The notes beneath the pieces are model-generated. The model made no database searches, was not told the origin of the DNA, and was given only the letters and a program-made list of their open reading frames with translations. The position numbers and the translations under genes are program-made. Positions 52,591 through 62,199 of a stretch of DNA of 64,000 nucleotides are shown here, one piece after another. The first letter of the stretch is position 1. Each line of letters starts with the position of its first letter. This stretch comes from Candidatus Obscuribacterales bacterium (GTDB taxonomy: Bacteria > Cyanobacteriota > Vampirovibrionia > Obscuribacterales > Obscuribacteraceae). Location of the stretch: positions 800,001-864,000 of the forward strand of contig CBDDIJ010000005.1 in assembly GCA_965228855.1 (NCBI GenBank), written 5' to 3'.

Positions 52591-54486
52591 ATGGAAAGAA
52601 GCGTGAAACATTTTTCACTCGGAAAAGGCGGATTTGCAGCCGGCGCGTGCGCAATCGCTTTTGCTTTGAGCATCAACCTGATGCCGGTTTTGGCTCAGGC
52701 TCAGGAAAATGGCTCGCTCGAAGATATGTGGCAAGAAGCGCAAGATGAGAAGACTGCGCCTGCAGCCACTCCAGAAAAAGCGACTTCAAAAAAATCTTCG
52801 AAGAAATCATCCAAGAAATCTAAACCGGAAGAAAAAACCGCTACAACAAATTCAGACGGTGAACTGTCGAAGACTCCCAAGGAGGCGGCTCCAGGATGGG
52901 GTTCGGACCTCAGTCCGAAACCGACGGAATCAGCAGACAATCCGACAGAAGAAAAGTCCGGCAGCAGCGCGACATCGCCAACACCCGACTCTTCCGCATC
53001 AACAACGACATCCTCGTCCGAGGATGACCCAGGCTCAGCGCTATCCAGACCAGTCACCTCCGGAACCAGTCTAGAAAAAAATTCAAAGACATCAAAAATC
53101 AAGACAACGACCACATCCGGAGCTGCATCGTCCAAGAGTTCGTCGAAATCAGCTTCCGACACCTCTGATTTCAGCTGGACTTCACCGGCAAGCTCGACAA
53201 CGGTGCCGGATTCAACAACCACGCCAACATCGACGTCCACGACAACCTCAACAACATCGACAAAATCGACAACATCGACAACCCCGACAACCTCAAAGTC
53301 GGCACCCCCGACAAACTCAACGTCATCAACAAACTCAGATTTATCAAATTCATCATCCAGCAGCAATTCTGCCGCCTCTACAGGCTCAGCTGCAGATGCC
53401 GATTCAGCGGTTTCAAAAGTCGATGGAGCGAATCAACCGCTCTGCAAATACACCGCGCTCACCGGCAGCGACTTGATTAAGTCTGGCGGCTGGCCAGGGG
53501 TTGGACCATTCGCACAGGATAAAGACGAGAGCGACGCTCTGGTTGACGAAGCCAAAAACAGACTGAAGGTGAAACTGTCCGGCGATGATGTAACGCACGC
53601 GGAGCTGCTGTTGGTGAATCAACCAGCAAAGGCAAACCAAATGCTCGCCGTTCAAATGACGGCAGACTTCCTCCTGGAAGCAGTCGGAGCTCAATCGGGC
53701 AAAATCGCTGATTTCAACAGCGCTTTGAGCAACAACCAGGAAAAACTTTCTAGTGGCGCCGATGATGCCTCAATAAATTTGAAGGCAGGAACATACGTTG
53801 TGCAGATCCAGAAGAAACCGGCTCAGGATGGGACGGGCCCAGGACACGTAGCCTACCTTATCGCTCTCGACAATCAAAAACCGGCTGTAGTTGCATCAGC
53901 AACAGCACCGAAAGTGGACAACACCAGTTTCAGCGTCTTCACGCCGAACGCTGGTTCTCAAGCCAGCACGCACACTACACCAACGACGATTTCGACGACG
54001 ACAACAACATCCTCTGCGCCGAAAACAACTCCGACTACTTCCAAAACAGCAACCACTCCGAAAACGACGATTGCGTCAAAACCGCCTGCTGAAGACCTTC
54101 TCCACAAGCAGTTCACGAATCTGATAAACAACTGGCAGCAGATTAAACGCTCGGCAGTTAAGACCAGACAAGCAGATAGCCTGTCACGAATCTTAGGCGG
54201 AAAGGCACTCTCCACACAGAACATCGCAATTCAGTGGCTGCTCGACAACAAGAAGTACTACGAGATGACACCGCTGGAACTGAAGATTCAATCCTACAAA
54301 GAAATCACGCCTGGCTCGAAATTCGAAGTTGAGACCTATATCAAAGAGCGCAGACAGTTGATGAACGCAAATACGATGAAAGCGGAAAAAGACTCTACAT
54401 CAGCGTATAACGTCATTTATACCGTCGAGAAAATTCGCGGATCGTGGCTGATCACGGACACGAGAATGAGTTCCGCGCAGCAGTAA
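52591..54486 (+). CDS. Exported Ser/Thr-rich protein with C-terminal ARC6/Ftn2 IMS-like (DUF4101) domain
   Basis: Signal peptide, S/T/P linkers; LINNWQQIK..A...L..IL.G.AL...W...YY...Y.V.Y...GSWLITD. Confidence 0.7.
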   Translation: MERSVKHFSLGKGGFAAGACAIAFALSINLMPVLAQAQENGSLEDMWQEAQDEKTAPAATPEKATSKKSSKKSSKKSKPEEKTATTNSDGELSKTPKEAAPGWGSDLSPKPTESADNPTEEKSGSSATSPTPDSSASTTTSSSEDDPGSALSRPVTSGTSLEKNSKTSKIKTTTTSGAASSKSSSKSASDTSDFSWTSPASSTTVPDSTTTPTSTSTTTSTTSTKSTTSTTPTTSKSAPPTNSTSSTNSDLSNSSSSSNSAASTGSAADADSAVSKVDGANQPLCKYTALTGSDLIKSGGWPGVGPFAQDKDESDALVDEAKNRLKVKLSGDDVTHAELLLVNQPAKANQMLAVQMTADFLLEAVGAQSGKIADFNSALSNNQEKLSSGADDASINLKAGTYVVQIQKKPAQDGTGPGHVAYLIALDNQKPAVVASATAPKVDNTSFSVFTPNAGSQASTHTTPTTISTTTTTSSAPKTTPTTSKTATTPKTTIASKPPAEDLLHKQFTNLINNWQQIKRSAVKTRQADSLSRILGGKALSTQNIAIQWLLDNKKYYEMTPLELKIQSYKEITPGSKFEVETYIKERRQLMNANTMKAEKDSTSAYNVIYTVEKIRGSWLITDTRMSSAQQ

Positions 54487-54695
54487 GGTTGTTTATTAAA
54501 ACCGCACAACGTTGGTCCGACGCATCAGCAGACGCGCCGCAGAGGACGAGGTCAAGGATGAAACAGCTCATGCGGAAATGAACCTCAAGACACCATTGTG
54601 AATCCAAGAGGTTCACCAGGAAAAAGCATCTTCTGAAATCGGACCGATAAAAGCGTGCCTGATAGTGACGTGCCGCTCACATTAAAGTAAAATCA

Positions 54696-57600
54696 ATGCA
54701 AATTTGCGACGTGCTTGCAAAGCAAGGAGCCGGATTGTTCATGAAGTCAAGATTAGAAGAACGCGGAAACTCGAGGTCACATCTAGGCAGCGGCAAGGAT
54801 GCGCTGCAGCTGGCGCGCACGCTAGCTCTGGCGACTGCACTGTCGTTCATCGTGCAACCACTGACGGTACCGGTTTTTGCCCAAACAAAATCGACGAAGG
54901 ACGTCAGCAAAATTTCATTTCGCCTGTTAGCTCAGACGAAGTCAGATTCCGAAGACGCTGATGCTGACGAAGCTAAGAAGGACGCGGACAAGTCTAAAAA
55001 AGACGCGGATAAAGCCAAGAAGGAAGCGGATAAGAAGGCAAAGGAAACAGCGAAAAAAGCTGCAGACGAAGCTAAGAAAGCGGCTAATGATGCGAAAAAA
55101 GCGGCAGATGAAGCCAAGAAGGCCAAAGCTAAAAAAGATGACAAAGTAACTAAAGCAGATAAGGCATCAGACAAGGACACGAAAAAAGCGGAAGAGAAAA
55201 AGGCTGAAGAAGAGCCCGCCAAGGAAGCAGCAGCAAAGGCGAAAAAGAAAAGTTGGTTTGGTGGCAAAGGCGCTGAAAAACCGGTCGAAAGCGGAGAAGT
55301 AACCGAGCCGACCGTTTCCGTCGAGAAAAAGGCAGTTCCCGTCAAACCAGCTACTAATGCAGCGAAAGCCGCATCAGACGCAGCCGCCAAGTCGAACCCA
55401 AAAGCATCGACAAAGCCCACCGCTCCCAACGCAGCGAAGCCGGCAAGCGTGGTGACACCAACAGAGACCACAGCTGACGCCCCGCTAGAAAAGCCGGTTC
55501 TTTTGCCGGACAAAGCACTCGTCAGCGTGCTTGAGGACATTTCAAAATCTCTTTCCGACGTCAATAGCGACTCCGGCGTTGAGACTGCAGACGAAAAGGT
55601 TATCGTCGGTATTGCAAAGCAGGTTCTCGACAAAGCAATTGAATCGAGTGAAACACAACACGGAAGAATTCTCGCTCCCGAGCACAGCTCGGCAGCAAAA
55701 AATTCGATGACAACAGAAGCCTGGGCTTCAGGAGATATCGCAATCTCCGACAAGCTGCGCGGTTCGGTCGCAACGGTTTGGGGCAAGCGTATAAATGGAT
55801 CTTTGCATGTCACCATAGCTGGTGAATGCAACGACAAAGTTTTATCAAACGGCGAAAAAGTCGGCGAGTTTATCGTGGTGATCAAAGGACGGTCACCAGT
55901 CAAGAGCGGCTTCGATATTCAGACTCAATCGGACGTTTCATACTGGATCGGCACGCTGAGCAACGTCACGGTCGACAATGCGGTTCTTCGATTGAAAGAT
56001 CAAGAGAGCGACGAAGAGAACGCTGAAAAAGCTCCGGCGGAAAAACCGGCTGAGACCAAAGGCGAAGTAAAAAAAAAGTCCGTAGTAGTTCTTGAGGCGA
56101 TTCTAACCAGACGGGGACTGGAATATCTTCAGGCCCTGGCGCGCTACGAACATCAACAACAAACCCTGATCGCTCTGCAAGCAGCAGAGGCGACTTTGAC
56201 CGACGCGGACGATGACACCATGGATGATGCCGACGCGCGCTCATCCGGTGACGAGGTTAAACCGTCCAAATCCTCAAAAACAGACGATGACGAAGACGAG
56301 ACGGCTCAGTCCGACTCGGACGACGATGAATCCGTTGCAAGCCGCTCCAAAGCGGACAGTGATGACGAGAAGATCTCACGACGATCCAAGTCAGAAAACG
56401 ATGACGATAAGAGCGCAAGACGCTCTAAATCGGATGATGAAGATGTTGATGATGACGAGAAGGTCGCAAAACGCTCGAAGTCAGCGGCTGAAGACGAAGG
56501 CAGCAAGAGTCGCTCGAAGTCGGATGATGGCGATGAAAACGATGGAGACAAAGCCAAAACCGGCAAAATAGCAAGTACCAAAACGCAAGATAAAGCCAAG
56601 ACTGCTGATTCCGAGAAAACCTCTGCAACCGGCGCCCGAAACGATAAAGACAAGGCACCCAAAACGCCTGACGATAGGAACAAAACAGCGCGCACCAGGG
56701 ATGATGACGACTTCAGCCCGGGTCGCGTAGCGTTTGCGCAGAAAACCGACGAAGACTCGAAACCGATATCACAAAGTCCCGCGACCAAAGCGGTCGATTC
56801 TGCATGGCGCGACGATTGGTCTAAAGACGGCGGAAGTGAATCGCGCAAGTTGACGACAGTTCAGACCTCCGTCCCGTCGACAGTCTCTGAGACAAAGATT
56901 GCCAGTTCGCAAATCGTCACTCCGACGACGTCCGCTGCAACGCATTCAACAAACACGCCATCATTGACCAGAATTTCGATGGCGCCACCATCACCAGCCT
57001 CCGCTACAGGCTTCAACAGAGCCTGGGAAAGTCCAGCTGTGAATACGGCTCCGCATGCACCCAGTTTAGATGCCAGTCTGTTGATTCCAGAACGAGCAAT
57101 TGCCGGGCAGTTTCTTACGGTAGTCGTCCAAACCAAAGATCATCAACCGGAGCGAGCGGTAGAACTGAGCTTCAACGGTGCAACACTCGCCACCGATATG
57201 AATGGACAAGTATCATATATGGTGCCGGACGACATGCCACCAGGTCATACTCTGCACATCGGTCTAGCGGAGCGCCCGGAGCTCAACCCGCGCGTGGTCG
57301 ATATTCTCCAACCTCTCGATGACTCAAGAGGTCAGAAGTCTCCGCGGATAGATCGCGTTTCACAAGTTGTAGCCGCAGATGGCGTTCTCGTTGTCGACGG
57401 ACATGATTTCGATGGTTTCGCGGAGCGCAACCGGCTGGTTATAGACAACGAACACCCAGCCAAAGTGATCGCTGCGTCACCCGTTCAGCTGCGGGTTCTC
57501 GTACCTTCGAAACTTACACCAGGCACGCACTCGGTCACTATAAACAGTACGGATCTCCGAAGCGCACCGGCAAAGTTTGATTTCGTGAAAGCTGAAATCG

Positions 57601-57836
57601 AACAACAAGATCTGAGAAAAACCAAAGGCGTCCTCAGTAAAATCACGGTTAGGGTGCAAGGAACAAAACAGCCGATCGCAGTGCGTGTTATAAACAAAAC
57701 GCCTGATATAATCAAATTCTCCAGAGGAGATAATCTTCTCGTCACCACATCCGGTGGCGCAGACAACTCCTATATCGTCGGCGTTAAACAGTTAAAGAAA
57801 GGCGACTACAAAGTCGAGGCATCCCCGGAAATTTAG
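54696..57836 (+). CDS. Large exported low-complexity protein with C-terminal IPT/TIG-like Ig domain
   Basis: Signal ending VFA, K/A-rich and D/S/K-rich tracts, PRIDRVS...VDGHDF...ASPVQLRVLVP; start uncertain. Confidence 0.65.
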   Translation: MQICDVLAKQGAGLFMKSRLEERGNSRSHLGSGKDALQLARTLALATALSFIVQPLTVPVFAQTKSTKDVSKISFRLLAQTKSDSEDADADEAKKDADKSKKDADKAKKEADKKAKETAKKAADEAKKAANDAKKAADEAKKAKAKKDDKVTKADKASDKDTKKAEEKKAEEEPAKEAAAKAKKKSWFGGKGAEKPVESGEVTEPTVSVEKKAVPVKPATNAAKAASDAAAKSNPKASTKPTAPNAAKPASVVTPTETTADAPLEKPVLLPDKALVSVLEDISKSLSDVNSDSGVETADEKVIVGIAKQVLDKAIESSETQHGRILAPEHSSAAKNSMTTEAWASGDIAISDKLRGSVATVWGKRINGSLHVTIAGECNDKVLSNGEKVGEFIVVIKGRSPVKSGFDIQTQSDVSYWIGTLSNVTVDNAVLRLKDQESDEENAEKAPAEKPAETKGEVKKKSVVVLEAILTRRGLEYLQALARYEHQQQTLIALQAAEATLTDADDDTMDDADARSSGDEVKPSKSSKTDDDEDETAQSDSDDDESVASRSKADSDDEKISRRSKSENDDDKSARRSKSDDEDVDDDEKVAKRSKSAAEDEGSKSRSKSDDGDENDGDKAKTGKIASTKTQDKAKTADSEKTSATGARNDKDKAPKTPDDRNKTARTRDDDDFSPGRVAFAQKTDEDSKPISQSPATKAVDSAWRDDWSKDGGSESRKLTTVQTSVPSTVSETKIASSQIVTPTTSAATHSTNTPSLTRISMAPPSPASATGFNRAWESPAVNTAPHAPSLDASLLIPERAIAGQFLTVVVQTKDHQPERAVELSFNGATLATDMNGQVSYMVPDDMPPGHTLHIGLAERPELNPRVVDILQPLDDSRGQKSPRIDRVSQVVAADGVLVVDGHDFDGFAERNRLVIDNEHPAKVIAASPVQLRVLVPSKLTPGTHSVTINSTDLRSAPAKFDFVKAEIEQQDLRKTKGVLSKITVRVQGTKQPIAVRVINKTPDIIKFSRGDNLLVTTSGGADNSYIVGVKQLKKGDYKVEASPEI

Positions 57837-57846
57837 CGAAATAACA

Positions 57847-59181
57847 ATGAAACCAATAACTGCAACCCCCTCAATAGAAGCTCCGATCTCAAGCAAACTT
57901 TCGAAGGAAATAGAGGAGTTTATACCAGGGGGAGTAAACAGCCCGTTTCGCTCCTTCCACGAAGTCGGTGGGCACACGATTTTCGTTGACCGCGGCGCGG
58001 GCTCAAAGGTTTACGATGCGGATGGAAACGAATACATAGACTATGTCGGAGCCTGGGGTCCCGCTATTTTGGGACATGGCAATGAAAAGATTGCCAACGC
58101 AGTAACTGAAGTGATCAAGCACGGACCATTGTTCGGCGCTCCGCATAAGCTAGAACTCGAACTTGCGAAAAAAATCGTCGAGACTGTCCCGAGCATCGAT
58201 ATGATTCGGTTTGTGAACTCTGGAACGGAAGCAGTGATGAGCACCATCAGGCTCGCCAGAGGTTTCACCGGCAAAGATTTGATTGTGATGTTCGAGGGCT
58301 GTTACCACGGACACAGTGATTCTGTTTTAGCATCAACGAAACACAAACACAGCTCCGGGATTCCCGACGGATCATCCCAGAATACAATCACCTGCCCGTT
58401 CAACGACCTGGAAGCGCTAGACAGGTGTCTAGCCAATCACAAAGGCAAAGTCGCTGGAGTAATTATTGAACCAGTTGCCGGCTCGATGGGCGTCGTTGCA
58501 CCACAACCGGGTTATCTCGAGGGACTGCGAGAGCTCTGCACCAAATACGGTGTCGTCTTGATTTTCGATGAGGTGCTGACCGGATTCAGAATCGCGTATG
58601 GCGGAGCTCAGCTCCTATACGACGTGGAGCCGGATCTGACTTGTTACGGCAAGGCGTTGGGAGGCGGCATGCCGATTGGTGCTTATGGTGGTAAGCGCGA
58701 GATCATGCGCAAGTTGATGCCGATAGGAGACGTTTATCAGGCAGGCACATTCTCCGGAAATCCAGTCACGATGGCTGGCGCCATAGCCATTCTGGAACAG
58801 CTATCAGACCCAAAGGCGTACGACATTTTGGAAGAGCGCTCGAAGCAGATGTTCGAGGGAGTAGCGCAATCTGTTTCAAACATAAACAAACAGAGGTCGG
58901 CGGCTGGCATCAACAGCCCGATTCCGCTGCAACTGGCACGCGTAGGCTCGATGTTTGCGTTTCTCTTTTCACCACATCCGGTGACAAATTTCGAAGAGAG
59001 CAAATCAATCGACGCAGAGATTTTCGCGAAGTTTTTCCACGACATCCTCGCAAATGGCATTATGCTGCCGCCCACCGCGGTCGATGCGGCCTGCCTGTCG
59101 GTCATGCACTCGCAAGAGGATATCCAGCGTACAGTAGCGGTATGCGAACAGGCGCTCACCAAGCTGTTTGTAAAAGCATAA
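57847..59181 (+). CDS. hemL: Glutamate-1-semialdehyde 2,1-aminomutase
   Basis: PGGVNSP, NSGTEA, YHGHSD, FDEV.TGFR, GKALGGG.P, QAGTFSGNP. Confidence 0.95.
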   Translation: MKPITATPSIEAPISSKLSKEIEEFIPGGVNSPFRSFHEVGGHTIFVDRGAGSKVYDADGNEYIDYVGAWGPAILGHGNEKIANAVTEVIKHGPLFGAPHKLELELAKKIVETVPSIDMIRFVNSGTEAVMSTIRLARGFTGKDLIVMFEGCYHGHSDSVLASTKHKHSSGIPDGSSQNTITCPFNDLEALDRCLANHKGKVAGVIIEPVAGSMGVVAPQPGYLEGLRELCTKYGVVLIFDEVLTGFRIAYGGAQLLYDVEPDLTCYGKALGGGMPIGAYGGKREIMRKLMPIGDVYQAGTFSGNPVTMAGAIAILEQLSDPKAYDILEERSKQMFEGVAQSVSNINKQRSAAGINSPIPLQLARVGSMFAFLFSPHPVTNFEESKSIDAEIFAKFFHDILANGIMLPPTAVDAACLSVMHSQEDIQRTVAVCEQALTKLFVKA

Positions 59182-59411
59182 ATTGATCTACTTTATATAA
59201 TCGCAACTACAAAAGATAAGAACGTCTTGCTTGAGCTGTGTCGGTTTGGGCACTGCTCTGGGTCGATTTGGCTCGTGAAAGAAAACGTTTCGAACTGACG
59301 TCGCTTAAGGCCGGGCTATCATCAATATAAAGCAATTAGACTCATCGGTCGCCGATTGAATAGACCTCAACTTACCCATAACTCGATATTTTAAGAGTAC
59401 ACGAGCCTCTC

Positions 59412-59442
59412 TTGACAAATAATTAGACTAGACAGTATGATT
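59412..59442 (+). promoter_or_regulatory. Sigma70-type promoter overlapped by a palindromic (probable TetR) operator
   Basis: TTGACA (59412-59417), 18 nt, TATGAT (59436-59441); AATTAGACT-AGAC-AGTATGATT at 59421-59442. Confidence 0.7.
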
Positions 59443-59485
59443 TCTATATCAAGGGTCGACATATTGACGAATCTGAGGAAATTGC

Positions 59486-59767
59486 ATGAGAGAATTTCAC
59501 ACCCTGAGCTCTGCTTGCTTTAGTAAGTCACCAGGCGATTTCGGTAACGGGTCATGCCAATTCTATCGGCTTATGGCCTTCGTTGTGCCCTTTATGGCGC
59601 TCACGATAACCGGTTTGGTTTGTCAGAGTTATTCAATAATCGTTGCCCCAACAATAGGGCTTCTCGCCGGGTGCACCAGTTTTGGACTGTACAGTGCAAT
59701 CAAGTTCCTCCGTACCGTTCGAGCGACCGTGCCGGTTCGCGTAGACAGAGCAGAAGCACACTACTAA
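59486..59767 (+). CDS. Small two-TM hypothetical protein
   Basis: 93 aa, GAGG RBS, promoter just upstream, two hydrophobic helices. Confidence 0.55.
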   Translation: MREFHTLSSACFSKSPGDFGNGSCQFYRLMAFVVPFMALTITGLVCQSYSIIVAPTIGLLAGCTSFGLYSAIKFLRTVRATVPVRVDRAEAHY

Positions 59768-60012
59768 AAACAATGATACGAACACACAAATGCTCGACAG
59801 CAGAGAAAAACCGACTGCGCTACCAGGAACGCAGCAGGTCAACACTCTGTCTGGCACTCGATGAGCGCTCTGGGCAGCGTTCGAATGCACGCGAATGCAA
59901 ACGTCTGTAATCGAACGACGCCTTGAGCGCTAAATCGAGCGCAGTTTCTAAATTATGAACTGGCTTCGCCAAAGTTTTTTTGTCCCCAACAAGAATGCAT
60001 GAATCGCTGTGC

Positions 60013-60044
60013 GAAACAGACTTGCGGCAACGCGAGTCTGTTTC
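60013..60044. terminator. Hairpin/terminator downstream of the tetR-family gene
   Basis: GAAACAGACTTGCG-GCAA-CGCGAGTCTGTTTC, 14-bp stem. Confidence 0.6.
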
Positions 60045-60086
60045 AATCTTTAAAGACGCTCCTGGAGACCGTTGCGGAGAATAGAA

Positions 60087-60692
60087 TTAACGCGCGCGTT
60101 TCGCTTGTTCCGCCGCAAAAAGAACCAACTCCAACAGCGATGACGCGAGACGTTCGCGTCCCAGCGGCATCGAGTATTTACCGTTCAGAATCTCCTGAGA
60201 GATCATGAAGTTCACCAGGGCACCATGGATGATGCGCGCAACCGCTTCAGGATCCGAGAAGTTTAGATTTGGACTTTCGCGTATGTAATGCGCGAGACTC
60301 TCGATTCCCGGGCGCACGAGCTTTGTCAGGTACATGTCGGCCAACTCCGGAAATCGCCCCGACTCAGCGATTATCATGCGAATCATACCAACGTATTCAG
60401 GGTCATCCATGCGTTGCAATGCTATCTGAGTCATCGTTCGAAAAAACGCGGGCGGTTCAAGTTCCATCAACTCGGCAGTCATTCCGGCCAGCACAAATCG
60501 CTCCATGAGCCGGTCCACGAGCGCCGCAAACAAAGTTTCTTTGTCCTTGAAGTACGTATAGACCGTCTGCTTCGCGACACCACCCTCGGCGGCAATCACG
60601 TCCATATTCGCAGCGTAACCGTCTCGGAGGAAAGCACGCAACGCCCCCTCTAAAATCTTCTCGCGCTTCTTGGCTTGACGTTCTTCGGTCAT
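60087..60692 (-). CDS. TetR/AcrR-family transcriptional regulator
   Basis: KREKILEGA..AF...GY..MDVIAAEGGVAKQTVYTYFKDKETLF. Confidence 0.94.
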   Translation of the reverse strand: MTEERQAKKREKILEGALRAFLRDGYAANMDVIAAEGGVAKQTVYTYFKDKETLFAALVDRLMERFVLAGMTAELMELEPPAFFRTMTQIALQRMDDPEYVGMIRMIIAESGRFPELADMYLTKLVRPGIESLAHYIRESPNLNFSDPEAVARIIHGALVNFMISQEILNGKYSMPLGRERLASSLLELVLFAAEQAKRAR

Positions 60693-60697
60693 CGTAT

Positions 60698-60719
60698 AAT
60701 CATACTACGCAGTCTGATT
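60698..60719 (-). promoter_or_regulatory. Probable TetR autoregulatory operator overlapping a -10 box
   Basis: Minus strand AATCAGACT-GCGT-AGTATGATT; TATGAT lies 6 nt before the ATG. Confidence 0.7.
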
Positions 60720-60747
60720 TCCAGCGATACTCCATTCAATGAATCTA

Positions 60748-60902
60748 TTTTGGCAACGAGGCGTTGCCGGATTTTCGGAAATGCGTCATAGCCAGATAGA
60801 CAAGCCGGGAAATTTAATAGGCGGCGAAGGGCACTGAGCCACGAAACCCTGATTCAGTGGGCCTTTGGGGAGAAGCTTGGCACGCCGGCATATAGTAGGA
60901 AG
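60748..60902. repeat. Intact copy A of the 155-bp repeat (empty IS target site)
   Basis: 12 mismatches in 155 nt versus 60913-60951 joined to 62217-62332. Confidence 0.92.
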
Positions 60903-60964
60903 GTTCACTGGCTTTTGGCAACGAGGCGTTGCCGGATTTTCGGAAAAGCGTTGTACGTTAGAGA

Positions 60965-61205
60965 TTGACAGCAGACCCAATCAATTGACACCAGGTCCTG
61001 CTGTCGGCAAGGCTATCCGAGGACGCGAGGATAGAGAAACGGAAGAAACCAGGAAAAAGCGTATGACCGCGAAGTCAGGCTATGAGGTTTGGACTTCCGT
61101 TTCTGTCTTGTCCTCTGAGGCTGAACACTATCAGATGCAAATCCTAGAACGATTTAGCATGCGTACAAGGCTCGCCCTGACAAGATTCTATCCGCGTCCT
61201 GTGTA
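60965..61205 (+). ncRNA. IS110 bridge RNA (5' hairpin, target-binding loop, donor-binding loop); ends approximate
   Basis: Stems 60967-60974/60998-61005, 61035-61045/61094-61104 and 61106-61112/61179-61185; loop segments match the target and donor sequences. Confidence 0.88.
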
Positions 61206-61233
61206 GGTTGGCAAGTCTAAATGGAGGCGCATC

Positions 61234-62199
61234 GTGATATCACTTGGGATAGACATCTCTAAAGAGACTGTGGATTGCTATCTGCTCTCGGAACGAGGGC
61301 GGAAGTTGCACGCTGACAACTCTGACAGCGGATTTCGGCGAATTGAGAAGTGGCTGAATCAGCACACCGAAAGCGAAGTACAAATTTGCATGGAGGCCAC
61401 TGGAAAGCTCTGGGAGCCACTCGCAGAATACTTCTGCGACAAAGGTTTTGCCGTCAGCGTCGTCAATCCTGTTCAGATCAAAAACTTTGGCAAAAGCCTG
61501 TTGAAGCGTTCAAAGACGGACGCAATTGATGCCGAGGTAATCGCACAGTTTTGCAAACTGATTCAACCGAAGACCTGGACGCCCCTCCCGGACGTGGTCC
61601 GGAAGATTCGCAACATTGAGCGTCACATTGATGCGCTCAAGACCGACCGAACCAGAACCGTGAATCGTACCGAGTCCGGTCGGCTCGACGAACCTGTGAG
61701 TATCTCGCTTCAGCGGCAAATCGAATTCATCAACAATGAGATTTTGCTGCTGGAACAGGCTCGAGACCTCTTGATCAAGTCCGAACCGCAATTTCAGAAC
61801 GATCTCGCCTTACTGCAAACCATCCCTGGAGTCGGTTTGATCTCGGCACTCACGTTTCTCACGGAAATTTCCGGCTTGGATTCCTTCGAGTCGTTGAGAG
61901 AAGTCGAGAGCTACTGCGGCTTGACTCCGGAATTGCGCGAGTCTGGAACTTCTGTTCGAGGGCGTCCGAAGATGTCTAAGAAAGGCTGCAAGCGCCTCCG
62001 GAAAGTTTTCTACATGGCGTCTCTGAGCGCAGTTCGATCAAACCCTGCCATTCAAAAATTCGCGACAAAGTTGGCAGAGAAGTGCAAACCAAGGAAAGTC
62101 ATCTTGTGCGCCGCCATGCGCAAGCTACTTCGCATCATGATGGCGATCTACAGGACAAAGACACCATTTAATCCCAATCATCTAAGCGTTCATTGTTGA
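61234..62199 (+). CDS. IS110-family DEDD recombinase/transposase, apparently intact
   Basis: GIDISK, MEATG, KTDAIDA (DEDD); TIPGVG; RESGTS (catalytic Ser region); A.MRKL; GGAGG RBS. Confidence 0.96.
   Translation: MISLGIDISKETVDCYLLSERGRKLHADNSDSGFRRIEKWLNQHTESEVQICMEATGKLWEPLAEYFCDKGFAVSVVNPVQIKNFGKSLLKRSKTDAIDAEVIAQFCKLIQPKTWTPLPDVVRKIRNIERHIDALKTDRTRTVNRTESGRLDEPVSISLQRQIEFINNEILLLEQARDLLIKSEPQFQNDLALLQTIPGVGLISALTFLTEISGLDSFESLREVESYCGLTPELRESGTSVRGRPKMSKKGCKRLRKVFYMASLSAVRSNPAIQKFATKLAEKCKPRKVILCAAMRKLLRIMMAIYRTKTPFNPNHLSVHC

Noticed and set aside
59554..59910. 118-aa ORF overlapping the small membrane gene
   Set aside because: No RBS or motifs; the 59486-59767 frame has the promoter, RBS and TM pattern
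60826..60870. Hammerhead ribozyme within the repeat (CTGA...GAAAC)
   Set aside because: The CUGANGA core and the stem II geometry are missing
60865..61206. 113-aa ORF upstream of the recombinase, and the 64-aa minus-strand ORF at 60786-60980
   Set aside because: Both cross the IS boundary, have no recognisable motifs and overlap the repeat or bridge RNA
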